From assembly GCF_013149785.1 (NCBI RefSeq), contig NZ_JABEZU010000001.1, forward strand, positions 1,054,001 to 1,118,000: a DNA stretch of 64,000 nucleotides, given 5' to 3'. This stretch comes from Isoptericola halotolerans (GTDB lineage Bacteria > Actinomycetota > Actinomycetes > Actinomycetales > Cellulomonadaceae). The notes beneath the pieces were generated by a model. The model saw nothing but the letters and a program-made list of their open reading frames with translations. It was not told the origin of the DNA and ran no database searches. Below are positions 39,992-50,343 of this stretch, one piece after another. Every line of letters starts with the position of its first letter. The stretch's first letter is position 1. Position numbers and translations under genes: made by a program.

Positions 39992-41508
39992 GTCTGGGCC
40001 TCTCGTGAGGGGTCGAGGTCGAGGTCGAGGAGGAGCGGGGCGGCCGTGGCGGCGACGACCTCGTCGACCGTCACGCCGGGGGCGAGCTCGCGCAGGACCA
40101 GGCCGTCGTCGGTCACGTCGATCACGGCGAGGTCGGTGATGATGCGGTCGACGACGCCGCGTCCGGTGAGCGGCAGCGTGCACTCGGGCAGGATCTTGGG
40201 CGAGCCGTCGCGTGCGGTGTGGTCCATGAGCACGACGAGGCGCCGGGCGCCGTTGACGAGGTCCATCGCCCCGCCCGGTCCCTTGACCATCTTGCCGGGG
40301 ATCATCCAGTTGGCGAGGTCGCCGGTGGCCGAGACCTGCATCGCCCCGAGGATCGCGGCGTCGATCTTGCCGCCGCGGATCATCCCGAAGCTGGTGGCGG
40401 CGTCGAACACCGAGGCCCCGGGCAGCAGCGTCACCGTCTCCTTGCCGGCGTTGATGAGGTCCGGGTCCACCTCGTCCTCGGTGGGGTAGGGGCCCACCCC
40501 GAGCAGGCCGTTCTCGGACTGCAGCACGAGGTGGCGGCCCGGCGGGACGTGGTTGGGCACGAGGGTCGGCATGCCGATGCCGAGGTTGACCGACGAGCCG
40601 TCGGCCAGCTCGGCGGCGGCGCGGGCGGCCATCTGGTCGCGGGTGCGGCCGTGCCGTGCGGGGTCCGTGCCGGTGTCGGCGCCGTCTGCCGGCCGGGTGC
40701 TCGGCGACGACCCGGCGGGACGTGTGGTGCGCTTCTCGATCCGCTTCTCGATCGCCGACCCGACCGGCACCACCCGGTGCACGTAGACGCCCGGCAGGTG
40801 GATCTCGTCCGGGTCGAGCTCGCCCGGCTCGACCAGCTGCTCCACCTGCGCCACGCACACGCGCCCGGCCATCGCGGCCTGCGGCGCGAAGTTGCGGGCC
40901 GACCGGTGGAAGACGAGGTTGCCGTGCCGGTCGCCCTTCGCGGCGTGCACGAGGGCGAAGTCGGTGCTGATCGCCTCCTCCAGGACGTACTCCGACTCGG
41001 TCCCGTCCGGCGCAGCCGGGTCCGTGAAGGTCCGGACGTCCTTCGGCGGGGACGCGACCACGACCCCGCCGTCGGCGTCGTAGCGCTGCGGCAGACCGCC
41101 GTCGGCCACCTGGGTGCCGATCCCGGCCCGCGTGTAGAACGCGGCGATGCCCGACCCCCCGGCACGCAGCTTCTCGGCGAGCGTGCCCTGGGGCGTGAGC
41201 TCCAGCTGGAGCTCACCGGACAGGTACCGGCGGGCGAACTCCTTGTTCTCGCCGACGTAGGACGCGGTGATGCGGCGGATGCGGTCGGCGGCGAGCAGGA
41301 CGCCCAGGCCCCAGTCGTCGACGCCGCAGTTGTTGCTGACCACCCACAGGTCGCGGGTGCCCCGGTCGCGCAGCGCCTCGATGAGGGCGATCGGGTTGCC
41401 GCAGAGGCCGAAGCCGCCGACGGCGACGCTCGCGCCGTCGGGGACGTCGGCGACGGCGTCCGCCGCGGATCGGACGACCTTGTCGATCCCGGTACCGGTG
41501 CTGGTCAT
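39988..41508 (-). CDS. Fused 3-oxoacid CoA-transferase (ScoA+ScoB)
   Basis: A part: GGFGLCG, SNNCG, PQGTLAE; B part: [14 protein letters not shown] (catalytic Glu), GPGGAMDL; one continuous frame. Confidence 0.92.
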   Translation of the reverse strand: MTSTGTGIDKVVRSAADAVADVPDGASVAVGGFGLCGNPIALIEALRDRGTRDLWVVSNNCGVDDWGLGVLLAADRIRRITASYVGENKEFARRYLSGELQLELTPQGTLAEKLRAGGSGIAAFYTRAGIGTQVADGGLPQRYDADGGVVVASPPKDVRTFTDPAAPDGTESEYVLEEAISTDFALVHAAKGDRHGNLVFHRSARNFAPQAAMAGRVCVAQVEQLVEPGELDPDEIHLPGVYVHRVVPVGSAIEKRIEKRTTRPAGSSPSTRPADGADTGTDPARHGRTRDQMAARAAAELADGSSVNLGIGMPTLVPNHVPPGRHLVLQSENGLLGVGPYPTEDEVDPDLINAGKETVTLLPGASVFDAATSFGMIRGGKIDAAILGAMQVSATGDLANWMIPGKMVKGPGGAMDLVNGARRLVVLMDHTARDGSPKILPECTLPLTGRGVVDRIITDLAVIDVTDDGLVLRELAPGVTVDEVVAATAAPLLLDLDLDPSREAQT

Positions 41509-41661
41509 GCGGGTCCCTCCGTGGTGCGGCACGGCGCGGCGTCGTCGCCGAGGTGTCTCGTGCGCGTCCTTCCTCGATGGTCGCAGTGCGCAGATGGGCA
41601 CGCAACGCACACCTCGGCACAGCACGCGTGCGTGGATGCAGATGCCCGTACCGTGTGAGGC

Positions 41662-42579
41662 ATGCGGTCGCACCCCGTCTCGCCGGACCATCTGCTCTGC
41701 CTGCTCGCCGTGGCGCGCACCGGCCGGTTCACCCTGGCGGCCGACAGCCTCGGGGTGAACCACACGACGGTCTCGCGGACCGTCGCCGCCCTGGAACGGG
41801 CCCTCGGTGGGCGGGTGCTCGTCCGGGGGACGGACGGGTGGGAGCTCACCGCGCTGGGGGAGAGGGCAGCACGCGCGGCGGAACGCGTGGCGGAGGCCGT
41901 CGACGCGCTGGACGGGGACGACGACGACCCCGTCGCGGGGGTCGTGCGGATGACGGCCACGGACGCCTTCAGCGCCCTGGTGGTACCGCCCGCCGTGGCC
42001 GCCCTGCGCGAGCACCACCCGGCGCTCTCCGTGGAGGTCGAGACGGTCACCCGGCGACCGGCGCAGCACCGGTCAGGCGTGGACGTGGAGGTGGTCGTCG
42101 GCACGGTCGCCGCGACGCGGGCGAAGGTCGTGCCGCTCGGCGAGTTCGCGCTCGGCATGTACGCCGCACGCCGCTACCTCGCGCGGCACGGCACACCGAC
42201 GTCGGTGCCCGAGCTCGCGCGGCACGGGCTGGTGCACTTCATCGACTCCATGCTCCAGGTGGACGACCTGGACGCGCCGCGCCGGCTGGTCCCCGGCATG
42301 GTCGACGTGCTGACGTCGACCAACGTGTTCGTCCACGTCGAGGCCACACGGGCAGGCGTGGGCCTGGGGTTCCTGCCGTGCCTGGTGGCGGACCGGCACG
42401 ACGACCTGGTCAGGGTGTGCCCCGACGAGGTGCGCACCACGCTGAGCTACCACGCCCTCGTCCACCCCGAGTCCTGGCGCCGTCCTGCCGTGGCTGCCGT
42501 CGTCGAGGTGCTGGTCGCCGAGGTGCGCCGGCAGCAGCCCGCGCTCCTGGGCCTGCGGGGCGCACGAGGGTCGCGGTGA
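41662..42579 (+). CDS. LysR family regulator
   Basis: [28 protein letters not shown]; divergent from the CoA-transferase. Confidence 0.92.
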   Translation: MRSHPVSPDHLLCLLAVARTGRFTLAADSLGVNHTTVSRTVAALERALGGRVLVRGTDGWELTALGERAARAAERVAEAVDALDGDDDDPVAGVVRMTATDAFSALVVPPAVAALREHHPALSVEVETVTRRPAQHRSGVDVEVVVGTVAATRAKVVPLGEFALGMYAARRYLARHGTPTSVPELARHGLVHFIDSMLQVDDLDAPRRLVPGMVDVLTSTNVFVHVEATRAGVGLGFLPCLVADRHDDLVRVCPDEVRTTLSYHALVHPESWRRPAVAAVVEVLVAEVRRQQPALLGLRGARGSR

Positions 42580-42599
42580 GCGGGCGGGCCGGAGAGCTC

Positions 42600-42959
42600 T
42601 CAGGCCCGCGGCTCGGCGTCGGCGGTGTCTGCTGCGTCCTCGGCGAGCTGGTCCGGCGAGGTCCCCTCGACCAGCGGTGAACCGACGAGGTAGCCGGAAC
42701 GGGCCAAGGCCATTCCTCCCACCGCCGACGTCGCCAGCTGCAGCACGACGGCGATCGCGGCCTTCACCACGTTCTCCGGGCCGGGCAGCAGGAGCACGGC
42801 GCCGACGATGATCTGCATCAGGCCGAACCCGGCCGCCGTCGAGATCGCCGAGATGCGCGTGTAGACGTCCGGCAGCTTGATCACGCCCAGCCCGGCGGTG
42901 GCGAACACCAGGGCCCCGAGGACGATGAGCACCTGGCCCACGATCTCCAGCACGGTCAT
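42600..42959 (-). CDS. mrpG: Mrp antiporter subunit G
   Basis: GLGVIKLPDVYTRI; last gene of the operon. Confidence 0.88.
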   Translation of the reverse strand: MTVLEIVGQVLIVLGALVFATAGLGVIKLPDVYTRISAISTAAGFGLMQIIVGAVLLLPGPENVVKAAIAVVLQLATSAVGGMALARSGYLVGSPLVEGTSPDQLAEDAADTADAEPRA

Positions 42960-43213
42960 CTTCTCCCTCTCGTCAGGGCACGGGCGAGCGACACCGCGGA
43001 CAGGAAACCGATGAGCGAGGCCACGAGCACCAGGTCGAACGTGCCCGTCGCCCCGGACCCCACCCCCGCCAGGGCGATGAGCGCGATCACGGCGAAGAAC
43101 AGCAGGTCGGCGGCCACCGTCCGGTTCGTGTCGTCGGGGCCGACCACGATGCGCCAGGTCGCGGCCAGCAGGGAGGCGACGATCAGCGCGGCGGCGATCC
43201 ACAGGGCGATCAT
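42956..43213 (-). CDS. mrpF: Mrp antiporter subunit F
   Basis: RIVVGPDDTNRTVAADL...LIGFLSAVSLAR. Confidence 0.88.
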   Translation of the reverse strand: MIALWIAAALIVASLLAATWRIVVGPDDTNRTVAADLLFFAVIALIALAGVGSGATGTFDLVLVASLIGFLSAVSLARALTRGRR

Positions 43214-43566
43214 GCGGCGGCCTCCCGTCGGGTGGCGGTGAACAGGTGGTCCTCGATGTGACGCACCGACGCCGCCAGCCCGTCCGGGGTCCGGTCGTAC
43301 ATGCTGTGCACGTAGAGGATGCGCGTGCCCGAGGGTTCGTCCCGCGTGCCCAGCGTCAGGGTGCCGGGCGTCAGGGTGATCGCCGTGGCGAGCAACGTCA
43401 GCTCCGCGTCGGACCGGCAGCGCGACTCGAAGCGGGCGATCAGCGGTCGCGAGTTCTGGCCGGGCGTGACGGTGTCCCAGATGACCGTCATGTTCGACCT
43501 GATCACCAGGGCCAGGAACCAGACGGCGAACCAGACCCAGCGCAGGGGCCACGTCAACCAGCTCAT
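43210..43566 (-). CDS. mrpE: Mrp antiporter subunit E
   Basis: AITLTPGTL...LYVHSM. Confidence 0.88.
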   Translation of the reverse strand: MSWLTWPLRWVWFAVWFLALVIRSNMTVIWDTVTPGQNSRPLIARFESRCRSDAELTLLATAITLTPGTLTLGTRDEPSGTRILYVHSMYDRTPDGLAASVRHIEDHLFTATRREAAA

Positions 43567-45113
43567 CCGCCCATCACCGCCTGTACGTAGCTCGAGGTGT
43601 CGACCAGGTTGCCCGCCGCGACCTCGCTGAGTGCCATGAGGCCCTGGGCACCGATCCCCAGCCCGACGGTCAACGCGGCGAGGAACACCGCCGGCGCGGC
43701 CAGCGCGAAGCTGATCTTCCGACGGGGCTGCACCGCCAGGATCGTCGCCGCGTCCCGCAGCGCGACCTCGTCGAACTCGCCGGTGACCTCGCCCGGCTGC
43801 TCGGGGGTCCGTCCGGCCCGTCCCCAGAAGGTGCCGGACCAGATCTTCAGCATCGACATCAGGGTGACGATGCTGACCACCAGCGCGACGACGGCGGCAG
43901 CGACCTGGCCGCCGTCGAACGCCGCCTGCAGCAACGACAGCTTGGCGACGAAGCCGGAGAACGGTGGGATGCCGGCCAGCGACATCGCCGCGACGAAGAA
44001 CGCCACCGCGACCAGGGGCTCGGCGCGGGCGATGCCGTGCACGGTCCCCAACGGCCCGGTGCCGTACCGGACCTCGATCGCCCCGGTCGACAGGAACAGG
44101 GAGGCCTTCACGATCATGTGGTGCAGCAGGTAGAAGATGCCGGCTGCCAGCCCGAGCGGTCCGAAGAGCGCCACACCCAGCAGGATGTAGCCGATCTGGC
44201 TGACCATGTGGAAGGCCAGGATCGAGCGCGTGCTGCCCTCGCCGACCGCGCCCAGCACCCCGACGGCCATGGTGAGCGAGAACATCACCACGCCGATCCA
44301 CAGGTACTCGGACATGCCCTCGAAGACGACCGCGTAGATGCGGTAGATCGCGTAGATGGCGACCTTCGTGTGCAGGCCGGAGAACAGGGCGGTCACCGCC
44401 GGGGACGCCGACGGGTAGGTCCTCGCCAGCCAGCCGTGCACGGGGACGACGGCCGCCTTCATCGACAGGGCGAAGAGGCAGACCGCGACGGCGATCGCGA
44501 CGGCGGTGGACTCGCGGGCCGCCCCGGCGAGCTCACCGAGGTTGACGGTGCCCGCGACGCCGTAGGTGACGCCGACGCCGGCGAGGAAGATCGTGGAGAT
44601 GAGCAGGTTCGCGGTGACGTAGAGCCGTGACCCGGAGACCCGCTTCAGCGGTGCCCGGCCGGGCGAGGAGAGGACCAGCAGCCCGTAGGAGGGCAGCAGC
44701 ATCACCTCGATGAACACGAACAGGTTGAACAGGTCCGCGGTGAGCAGGGCGCCGTTCACCCCGGCCGTCAGCACCAGCACGAGCGGGGCGAAGAACCGCA
44801 GGTGGGCGTGCGAGGACGCGACGGCGAACGCCACGCAGGTGATGGTCAGGATCCCCGTCAGGGTGATCATCAACGCCGAGAACTGGTCACCGACGAACGG
44901 GATCGAGATACCGGCCGGCCACAGCCCGACGGCGTGCCCGAGGGACGAGCCGTCGTACGTCGAGGCCACCATCCAGATGCCGCCGCCGATCGAGGCGAGC
45001 AGGGTCAGGCCGAGGGTGACGACCGACCACAGCCTGCCGAACGGGACGAGGACGAGGACGGCCGACACGACGAGCGGCACCGCGACGAACAGGGTGAGCA
45101 CGGAAGCGGGCAT
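43563..45113 (-). CDS. mrpD: Mrp antiporter subunit D
   Basis: TADLFNLFVFIEVMLLPSYGL, WLARTYP, LAGIPPFSGFVAK. Confidence 0.93.
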   Translation of the reverse strand: MPASVLTLFVAVPLVVSAVLVLVPFGRLWSVVTLGLTLLASIGGGIWMVASTYDGSSLGHAVGLWPAGISIPFVGDQFSALMITLTGILTITCVAFAVASSHAHLRFFAPLVLVLTAGVNGALLTADLFNLFVFIEVMLLPSYGLLVLSSPGRAPLKRVSGSRLYVTANLLISTIFLAGVGVTYGVAGTVNLGELAGAARESTAVAIAVAVCLFALSMKAAVVPVHGWLARTYPSASPAVTALFSGLHTKVAIYAIYRIYAVVFEGMSEYLWIGVVMFSLTMAVGVLGAVGEGSTRSILAFHMVSQIGYILLGVALFGPLGLAAGIFYLLHHMIVKASLFLSTGAIEVRYGTGPLGTVHGIARAEPLVAVAFFVAAMSLAGIPPFSGFVAKLSLLQAAFDGGQVAAAVVALVVSIVTLMSMLKIWSGTFWGRAGRTPEQPGEVTGEFDEVALRDAATILAVQPRRKISFALAAPAVFLAALTVGLGIGAQGLMALSEVAAGNLVDTSSYVQAVMGG

Positions 45114-45529
45114 CAGTCCTCCCTCCTCGGGGTCGGCTCGGGCGTCAGGCCGTGGGCACGCGCGACCTCCGCGATGTCCAGGGCGTCCTCGCTGGCGCCG
45201 TGGTCGGCGCGCGCCGCGTCCGACCGGTCCGCGGTGTCGTCGTCCTTGCGGCCCACGACGGCGAGGGTGAGCATGTAGATCGTGATGGCCAGGGCGATGA
45301 CGATCGCCGTCAGGACGAAGGCCTGCGGCAGCGGGTCCGCGGTGGTGGCCAGGTCCGGGGAGTCGCCGAGCGGCTGGTCGCGCCGGTCGGCGCCGCCGGC
45401 CGAGAAGATGAGCACGTTGACCGCGTGGCTCAGCAGGATGAAGCCCAGCACGATGCGCAGCATCTCGCGCTGCAGCACCAGGTAGACCCCGCCGGCCACG
45501 AGGACGCCGACGATGAGGGCGAGCGTCAT
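45113..45529 (-). CDS. mrpC: Mrp antiporter subunit C
   Basis: DPLPQAFVLTAIVI. Confidence 0.93.
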   Translation of the reverse strand: MTLALIVGVLVAGGVYLVLQREMLRIVLGFILLSHAVNVLIFSAGGADRRDQPLGDSPDLATTADPLPQAFVLTAIVIALAITIYMLTLAVVGRKDDDTADRSDAARADHGASEDALDIAEVARAHGLTPEPTPRRED

Positions 45530-48369
45530 GACTCCTCCTTCGTCGGTGCGCCCGTGGTCACGGGCTCACGCGTGGGTACCGGTGCGGGCTCGGTCGGGTC
45601 GGGCGGGGGATCGGGAGCCTCGGTGCGGGTGCCACCGGTCGGTTGCTTCGGAGCGGGCCAGCCGCCCAGCAGGTCGAGCGACGCGACCACCACGCCGATG
45701 ACGGCCAGGTAGACGCCCACGTCGAACAGCACCGCGCTGGTGAGGTGGAGGGTACCGATGTCGACGTGCAGGGGCTTGAGGAAGGAGCCTTCGAGGAAGC
45801 CCAGCAGCCCCGTCCCGGTGGCGATGAGGATCCCGGCACCGATGAGCCGGAAGTACGAGGCCCGACGCTGGGTGTCCGACGACGCCGCGAGGTACGCGAG
45901 CGCGAAGGCCGACGCCGCCACCAGCGCGCCGATGAAGCCACCGCCGGGGTTCTGGTGCCCCCGCAGGAGCAGGTACACCGAGAACGCGAGCATCAGGGGG
46001 ATGCCGAGCTTCGCGAACGTGCGGTTGAAGACACCGTTGGTCTCGGCGTCGACCAGCGGCGAGGTGGCGGGGACCCGCAGCACCGGCACGGGGTCGCGGT
46101 ACGTCAGAGGGAGCGCTCGGGCGGACTCCAGGAGGACGTAGATCACCACACCGGCGATGCCGAGCACGGTCAGCTCACCGAGGGTGTCGAGCGCTCGGTA
46201 GTCCACGAGGATCGTGTTGACGACGTTCGAGCCGCCGGTGTCGTCCGGGGCGTTGAGCAGGAAGTGCTCTCCGGTGGGCGAGAGGCCCCGCCGCCCGGTG
46301 AGGGCGAAGGTGGCCACCGCAGCGGCCAGCCCCCCGATCACGGCGACGACGCCGGTGACCGCGGCGCGTGACCGGGGGATCCGACGGAACCGCCGCGGCA
46401 GCCTGCGCAGCAGCAGGACCGCCACCACCACCGTGAGGATCTCCACCAGCAGCTGGGTGAGCGCGACGTCCGCCGCGCCGAGCGTGAAGAAGAGCAGGGT
46501 CACGGCGAACCCGGTCACGCCGATCACGGCCAGCGCGCCGATCCGGGACCGCAGCGACACCGCCGCGACCGTACCGGTCGTCACCAGCGCCAGCAGCACC
46601 CAGTCGAAGGGTCTGCTCGTGTCGCGCAGGTCTCCCAGGCCGGTCACGCCGACGGCTCCGACGGCGGCCAGCACGCCCATGGTGACGATCGGCACGGCGA
46701 GGTGCCGCGCCGGTGCGTCGGAACGCGTCAGGTCGCCGACCCGAGCGCCGAAGGCCACGGTGCCCCGCTGCCAGGCGGCCACGGCCTCGACCCCGGTGAA
46801 CGGGAAGAGCGGGCGGTCCAGCACCCGGTCCACCGACGCCGCGCGCCAGACCACCAGCGCACCCACGGTGTACACCGCCAGCGACAGGAAGAGGGCGGGC
46901 GTCAGCCCGTGCCAGAGCGTCAGGTGGGTGTGCACCTCGCTGCCGGCGGCCGCCGTCGCGCCGGCGCTGGTGAGCCCGTCGAGCATCCACGCGGCCGGGC
47001 CCAGCAGGACACCCAGGACGGCCGGGACCGCAGCCGGCAGGACCAGCCAGAAGCCGCCCTCGGACATGCCAGACAGGGACGCCGGGCGGGTGCCCGGCAG
47101 GGGCCGCAGCACCATGCGGGCGCAGTAGGCGAAGGTGAAGACGGCGCCGAGGGCGGCGATGCCGGCCACGAGCCAGCCGGCCCCGGAACCCTCCCACATG
47201 GCGTCGAGGATCGACTCCTTCGAGACGAACCCGAGCAACGGCGGGATGCCGGCCATCGACGCGGCGGCGAGCGCCAGCATCGCCGCGGTCCACGGCATGG
47301 CCCTGCCCACACCGGCGAGGGTGCGGATGTCCCGGGTGCCGGCCTGGTGGTCGATGACCCCGACGAGCATGAACGCGGCCGACTTGAACAGGGCGTGCGC
47401 CATGGTGTGCAGCGTGGCGGCGGCGATCGCCGCCGAGGAGCCGACACCGATCGTCGCGACGATCAGGCCGAGCTGGCTGACGGTCGAGTACGCCAGGAGC
47501 TCCTTGAGGTCGTTGCGCTGCAGGGCGAAGACGGCGCCCATCACCGTCGTGACGAGACCGATCGTGATGAGCAGGACGTTCCAGGTCAGCACGTCGCTCA
47601 TCGCGGGCGAGAACCGCAGGAGCAGGTAGATGCCGGCCTTGACCATCGCGGCGGCGTGCAGGTAGGCGCTGACCGGCGTCGGGGCGACCATGGCGTCGGG
47701 CAGCCACGCGTGGAACGGGAACTGCGCGGACTTCGTGAACGCCGCGACGGCGACGAGGACGGCGATCACGGCGGCGAACGTGGGGTCCTGGGACCACACC
47801 GGGTCCTCGAGGATGGCGCTGAGCTGGGTCGTGCCGGTGCGGACGGAGGTGGCGATGACGGCACCGAGCAGGCACAGCCCGCCGCCCACCGTGACGAGGA
47901 ACGTCCGCACGGCCGGAGCCTGAGCCTGAGGGCTGGTCCGGGCGATGAGGAAGAAGGAGCAGACGGTCGTGAACTCCCACATGACGAAGAGCAGGATCAC
48001 GTCGTCGGCGAGGACGAGCCCGGTCATCGCGGCGGCGAAGGCCGTCATCAGCCCGTAGAAGCCTGGGTGCGGCCCACGCTTGAGGTAGCGGGCCGAGTAC
48101 GCCAGGACGGCGGCACCGACGCCGAGGACGAGGAGCAGGAAGACCCAGCTCAACCCGTCGAAGCGCAGGCGGATGCCCACGTCGAGGCTGGGGATCCAGG
48201 GCAGGAACCAGGAGGTGCCCAGGGCGGGCGGCGCGAGGCCGACCCACAGAGCGAGGGCGAGCAGCCCGGCGGCGAGCGGCCAGCCGCCGGGGCGTCCGGC
48301 CCAGCGGCCCAGGAACGGGGCTGCGGCAGCGAGGAGTGCGACGAGCCCGAGGAGAGCGGCAAGCATCAC
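45526..48369 (-). CDS. mrpA: Mrp antiporter subunit A (A+B fusion)
   Basis: TKSAQFPFHAWLPDAMVAPTPVSAYLH, NVVNTILVDYRALDTLGE, HQNPGGGF. Confidence 0.94.
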   Translation of the reverse strand: MMLAALLGLVALLAAAAPFLGRWAGRPGGWPLAAGLLALALWVGLAPPALGTSWFLPWIPSLDVGIRLRFDGLSWVFLLLVLGVGAAVLAYSARYLKRGPHPGFYGLMTAFAAAMTGLVLADDVILLFVMWEFTTVCSFFLIARTSPQAQAPAVRTFLVTVGGGLCLLGAVIATSVRTGTTQLSAILEDPVWSQDPTFAAVIAVLVAVAAFTKSAQFPFHAWLPDAMVAPTPVSAYLHAAAMVKAGIYLLLRFSPAMSDVLTWNVLLITIGLVTTVMGAVFALQRNDLKELLAYSTVSQLGLIVATIGVGSSAAIAAATLHTMAHALFKSAAFMLVGVIDHQAGTRDIRTLAGVGRAMPWTAAMLALAAASMAGIPPLLGFVSKESILDAMWEGSGAGWLVAGIAALGAVFTFAYCARMVLRPLPGTRPASLSGMSEGGFWLVLPAAVPAVLGVLLGPAAWMLDGLTSAGATAAAGSEVHTHLTLWHGLTPALFLSLAVYTVGALVVWRAASVDRVLDRPLFPFTGVEAVAAWQRGTVAFGARVGDLTRSDAPARHLAVPIVTMGVLAAVGAVGVTGLGDLRDTSRPFDWVLLALVTTGTVAAVSLRSRIGALAVIGVTGFAVTLLFFTLGAADVALTQLLVEILTVVVAVLLLRRLPRRFRRIPRSRAAVTGVVAVIGGLAAAVATFALTGRRGLSPTGEHFLLNAPDDTGGSNVVNTILVDYRALDTLGELTVLGIAGVVIYVLLESARALPLTYRDPVPVLRVPATSPLVDAETNGVFNRTFAKLGIPLMLAFSVYLLLRGHQNPGGGFIGALVAASAFALAYLAASSDTQRRASYFRLIGAGILIATGTGLLGFLEGSFLKPLHVDIGTLHLTSAVLFDVGVYLAVIGVVVASLDLLGGWPAPKQPTGGTRTEAPDPPPDPTEPAPVPTREPVTTGAPTKEES

Positions 48370-48847
48370 GTCGGTGGCCTTGTCGTTCGAGGAAGGACGG
48401 TGCGGTCAACGAGTCGAGGGTCTACCTCGCAGGGTCGGCATCCGGAGCGATGCCTGCCTGCTGGTCTCCCCAGGACGAGATGTATCCGTTGGTGCCGCGT
48501 GCCGACTGCCCAGGGCGGGCGGCACGGATGCGCGGTCGGCGCAGCGGGGTCGTCTCGGGCACCCGTGGAGTCTAACGGCCCGGTGGGACCGGCCGTGCCG
48601 TGACAGGGCCGGACGGCCCCCGTGTGAACTCTGGGTGACGACTTCGCGACGCGCCGGTCCCGTGACGTTCCTCACGCCGTCGGCGTCGTAGCGTGACGTT
48701 CAGGACGCACGCCCAGTGCGTCCCCGGGAGGCCAACTGATGGAGTGCTCGCTCCGCGCAGGAGGGCCGGCCCCGGTTCGACTGCACACCGTGCGCTCGGC
48801 CGGTCGCCCGCCCCGTCCACCGTCCCGCTCTGCGCGAGGAGCACATC

Positions 48848-50185
48848 GTGGCCACTGAGAACACCAGCACCGACCTGCGGACGTTCGTCGTCGACACGTC
48901 CGTCCTGCTGTCCGACCCGAGAGCCATCCACCGGTTCGCCGAGCACGACGTCGTGCTGCCCGTCGTCGTGATCACCGAGCTGGAGGGCAAGCGTCACCAC
49001 GCCGAGCTGGGCTACTTCGCCCGCAGCGCGCTGCGGGCGCTGGACGACCTGAGGATCAAGCACGGGCGCCTGGACGCTCCGGTGCCGATCGGGGGCGACG
49101 GTGGGACGTTGCGGGTCGAGCTGAACCACACCGACCCCGAGGTGCTGCCGGCCGGGTTCCGGCTGGGTGACAACGACACCCGGATCCTGTCGGTCGCGGC
49201 GAACCTCGCCGCCGAGGGTCGGGACGTCACCGTGGTCTCCAAGGACCTGCCGATGCGGGTCAAGGCATCGGCCCTGGGTCTGCGGGCCGAGGAGTACCGT
49301 CACGAGCTCGCGGTGGACTCCGGGTGGACCGGGATGCGCGAGATCGCGATGACCGACGACCAGGTCGGGTCCCTCTACGAGGGGTCCACCGTGGAGCTCG
49401 CCGCCCTCGACCCGCAGGTGGTCGAGGAGGCCGCCCCGCTGCTGTGCCACACGGGCCTGGTGATCCACGGGTCCGGAGGCTCGGCGCTCGGCCGGGTCAC
49501 CGCGGACAAGCAGGTACAGCTCGTGCGCGGGGACCAGGACGTGTTCGGGGTCCACGGCCGCTCCGCCGAGCAGCGCATCGCGATCGACCTGCTGCTCGAC
49601 CCGGACATCGGCATCCTGTCGCTGGGCGGGCGCGCCGGCACCGGCAAGTCGGCGCTCGCCCTGTGCGCCGGGCTGGAGGCGGTGCTGGAGCGCCGCCAGC
49701 ACCGCAAGATCCTGGTCTTCCGCCCCCTGTACGCGGTGGGTGGCCAGGAGCTGGGCTACCTGCCGGGCAGCGAGTCCGAGAAGATGAACCCGTGGGCCCA
49801 GGCGGTGTTCGACACGCTCGGTGCGCTCGTCTCGCCGGAGGTGGTCGAGGAGGTCATCGACCGGGAGATGCTGGAGGTGCTCCCGTTGACCCACATCCGG
49901 GGGCGGTCGTTGCACGATGCGTTCGTCATCGTCGACGAGGCCCAGTCGTTGGAGCGCAACGTGCTGCTGACGGTGCTGTCGCGCATCGGGCAGGACTCGC
50001 GGGTGGTGCTGACGCACGACGTCGCGCAGCGGGACAACCTGCGGGTAGGCCGTCACGACGGGGTCGCCGCGGTCATCGAGGCGATGAAGGGCCACCCGTT
50101 GTTCGCCCACGTGACGCTCACCCGGTCCGAGCGGTCGCCGGTGGCGGCGCTGGTCACCGAGATGCTGGAGTCGCTCGAGATCTGA
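48848..50185 (+). CDS. phoH2: PIN-PhoH protein (PhoH2)
   Basis: [11 protein letters not shown] domain, [29 protein letters not shown]. Confidence 0.93.
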   Translation: MATENTSTDLRTFVVDTSVLLSDPRAIHRFAEHDVVLPVVVITELEGKRHHAELGYFARSALRALDDLRIKHGRLDAPVPIGGDGGTLRVELNHTDPEVLPAGFRLGDNDTRILSVAANLAAEGRDVTVVSKDLPMRVKASALGLRAEEYRHELAVDSGWTGMREIAMTDDQVGSLYEGSTVELAALDPQVVEEAAPLLCHTGLVIHGSGGSALGRVTADKQVQLVRGDQDVFGVHGRSAEQRIAIDLLLDPDIGILSLGGRAGTGKSALALCAGLEAVLERRQHRKILVFRPLYAVGGQELGYLPGSESEKMNPWAQAVFDTLGALVSPEVVEEVIDREMLEVLPLTHIRGRSLHDAFVIVDEAQSLERNVLLTVLSRIGQDSRVVLTHDVAQRDNLRVGRHDGVAAVIEAMKGHPLFAHVTLTRSERSPVAALVTEMLESLEI

Positions 50186-50189
50186 GGTC

Positions 50190-50255
50190 CGGGGAGGCGC
50201 GCCGGCCCAGGTGGAACCCCCCAGCCCCGTGCACTCGGCGGCGCGCCTCCCTCGT
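50190..50255 (-). ncRNA. Candidate iron-repressed small RNA (single long hairpin)
   Basis: 13-bp perfect stem (50192-50204 / 50239-50251), an imperfect inner stem and a G-rich loop, starting right after a promoter overlapped by an IdeR box; no ORF. Ends approximate. Confidence 0.5.
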
Positions 50256-50262
50256 AACGCTG

Positions 50263-50292
50263 ACGGTAGCAGGTGAGGTAAGGCTTACCAAA
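50263..50292 (-). promoter_or_regulatory. IdeR/DtxR box overlapping a sigma-A-like promoter
   Basis: TGAGGTAAGGCTTACCAAA (50274-50292) is a 17/19 match to TWAGGTWAGSCTWACCTWA; minus strand TTGGTA (50291-50286)-N17-TACCGT (50268-50263). Confidence 0.75.
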
Positions 50293-50343
50293 CCCCTGTC
50301 CCATCCCTCGAGACCTCGGCCGCCGAACATGCCCTGAGACCGG

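Noticed and set aside
48848..50185. PIN domain as a toxin-antitoxin toxin
   Set aside because: It is the N-terminal domain of the conserved PhoH2, and no antitoxin ORF is evident upstream.
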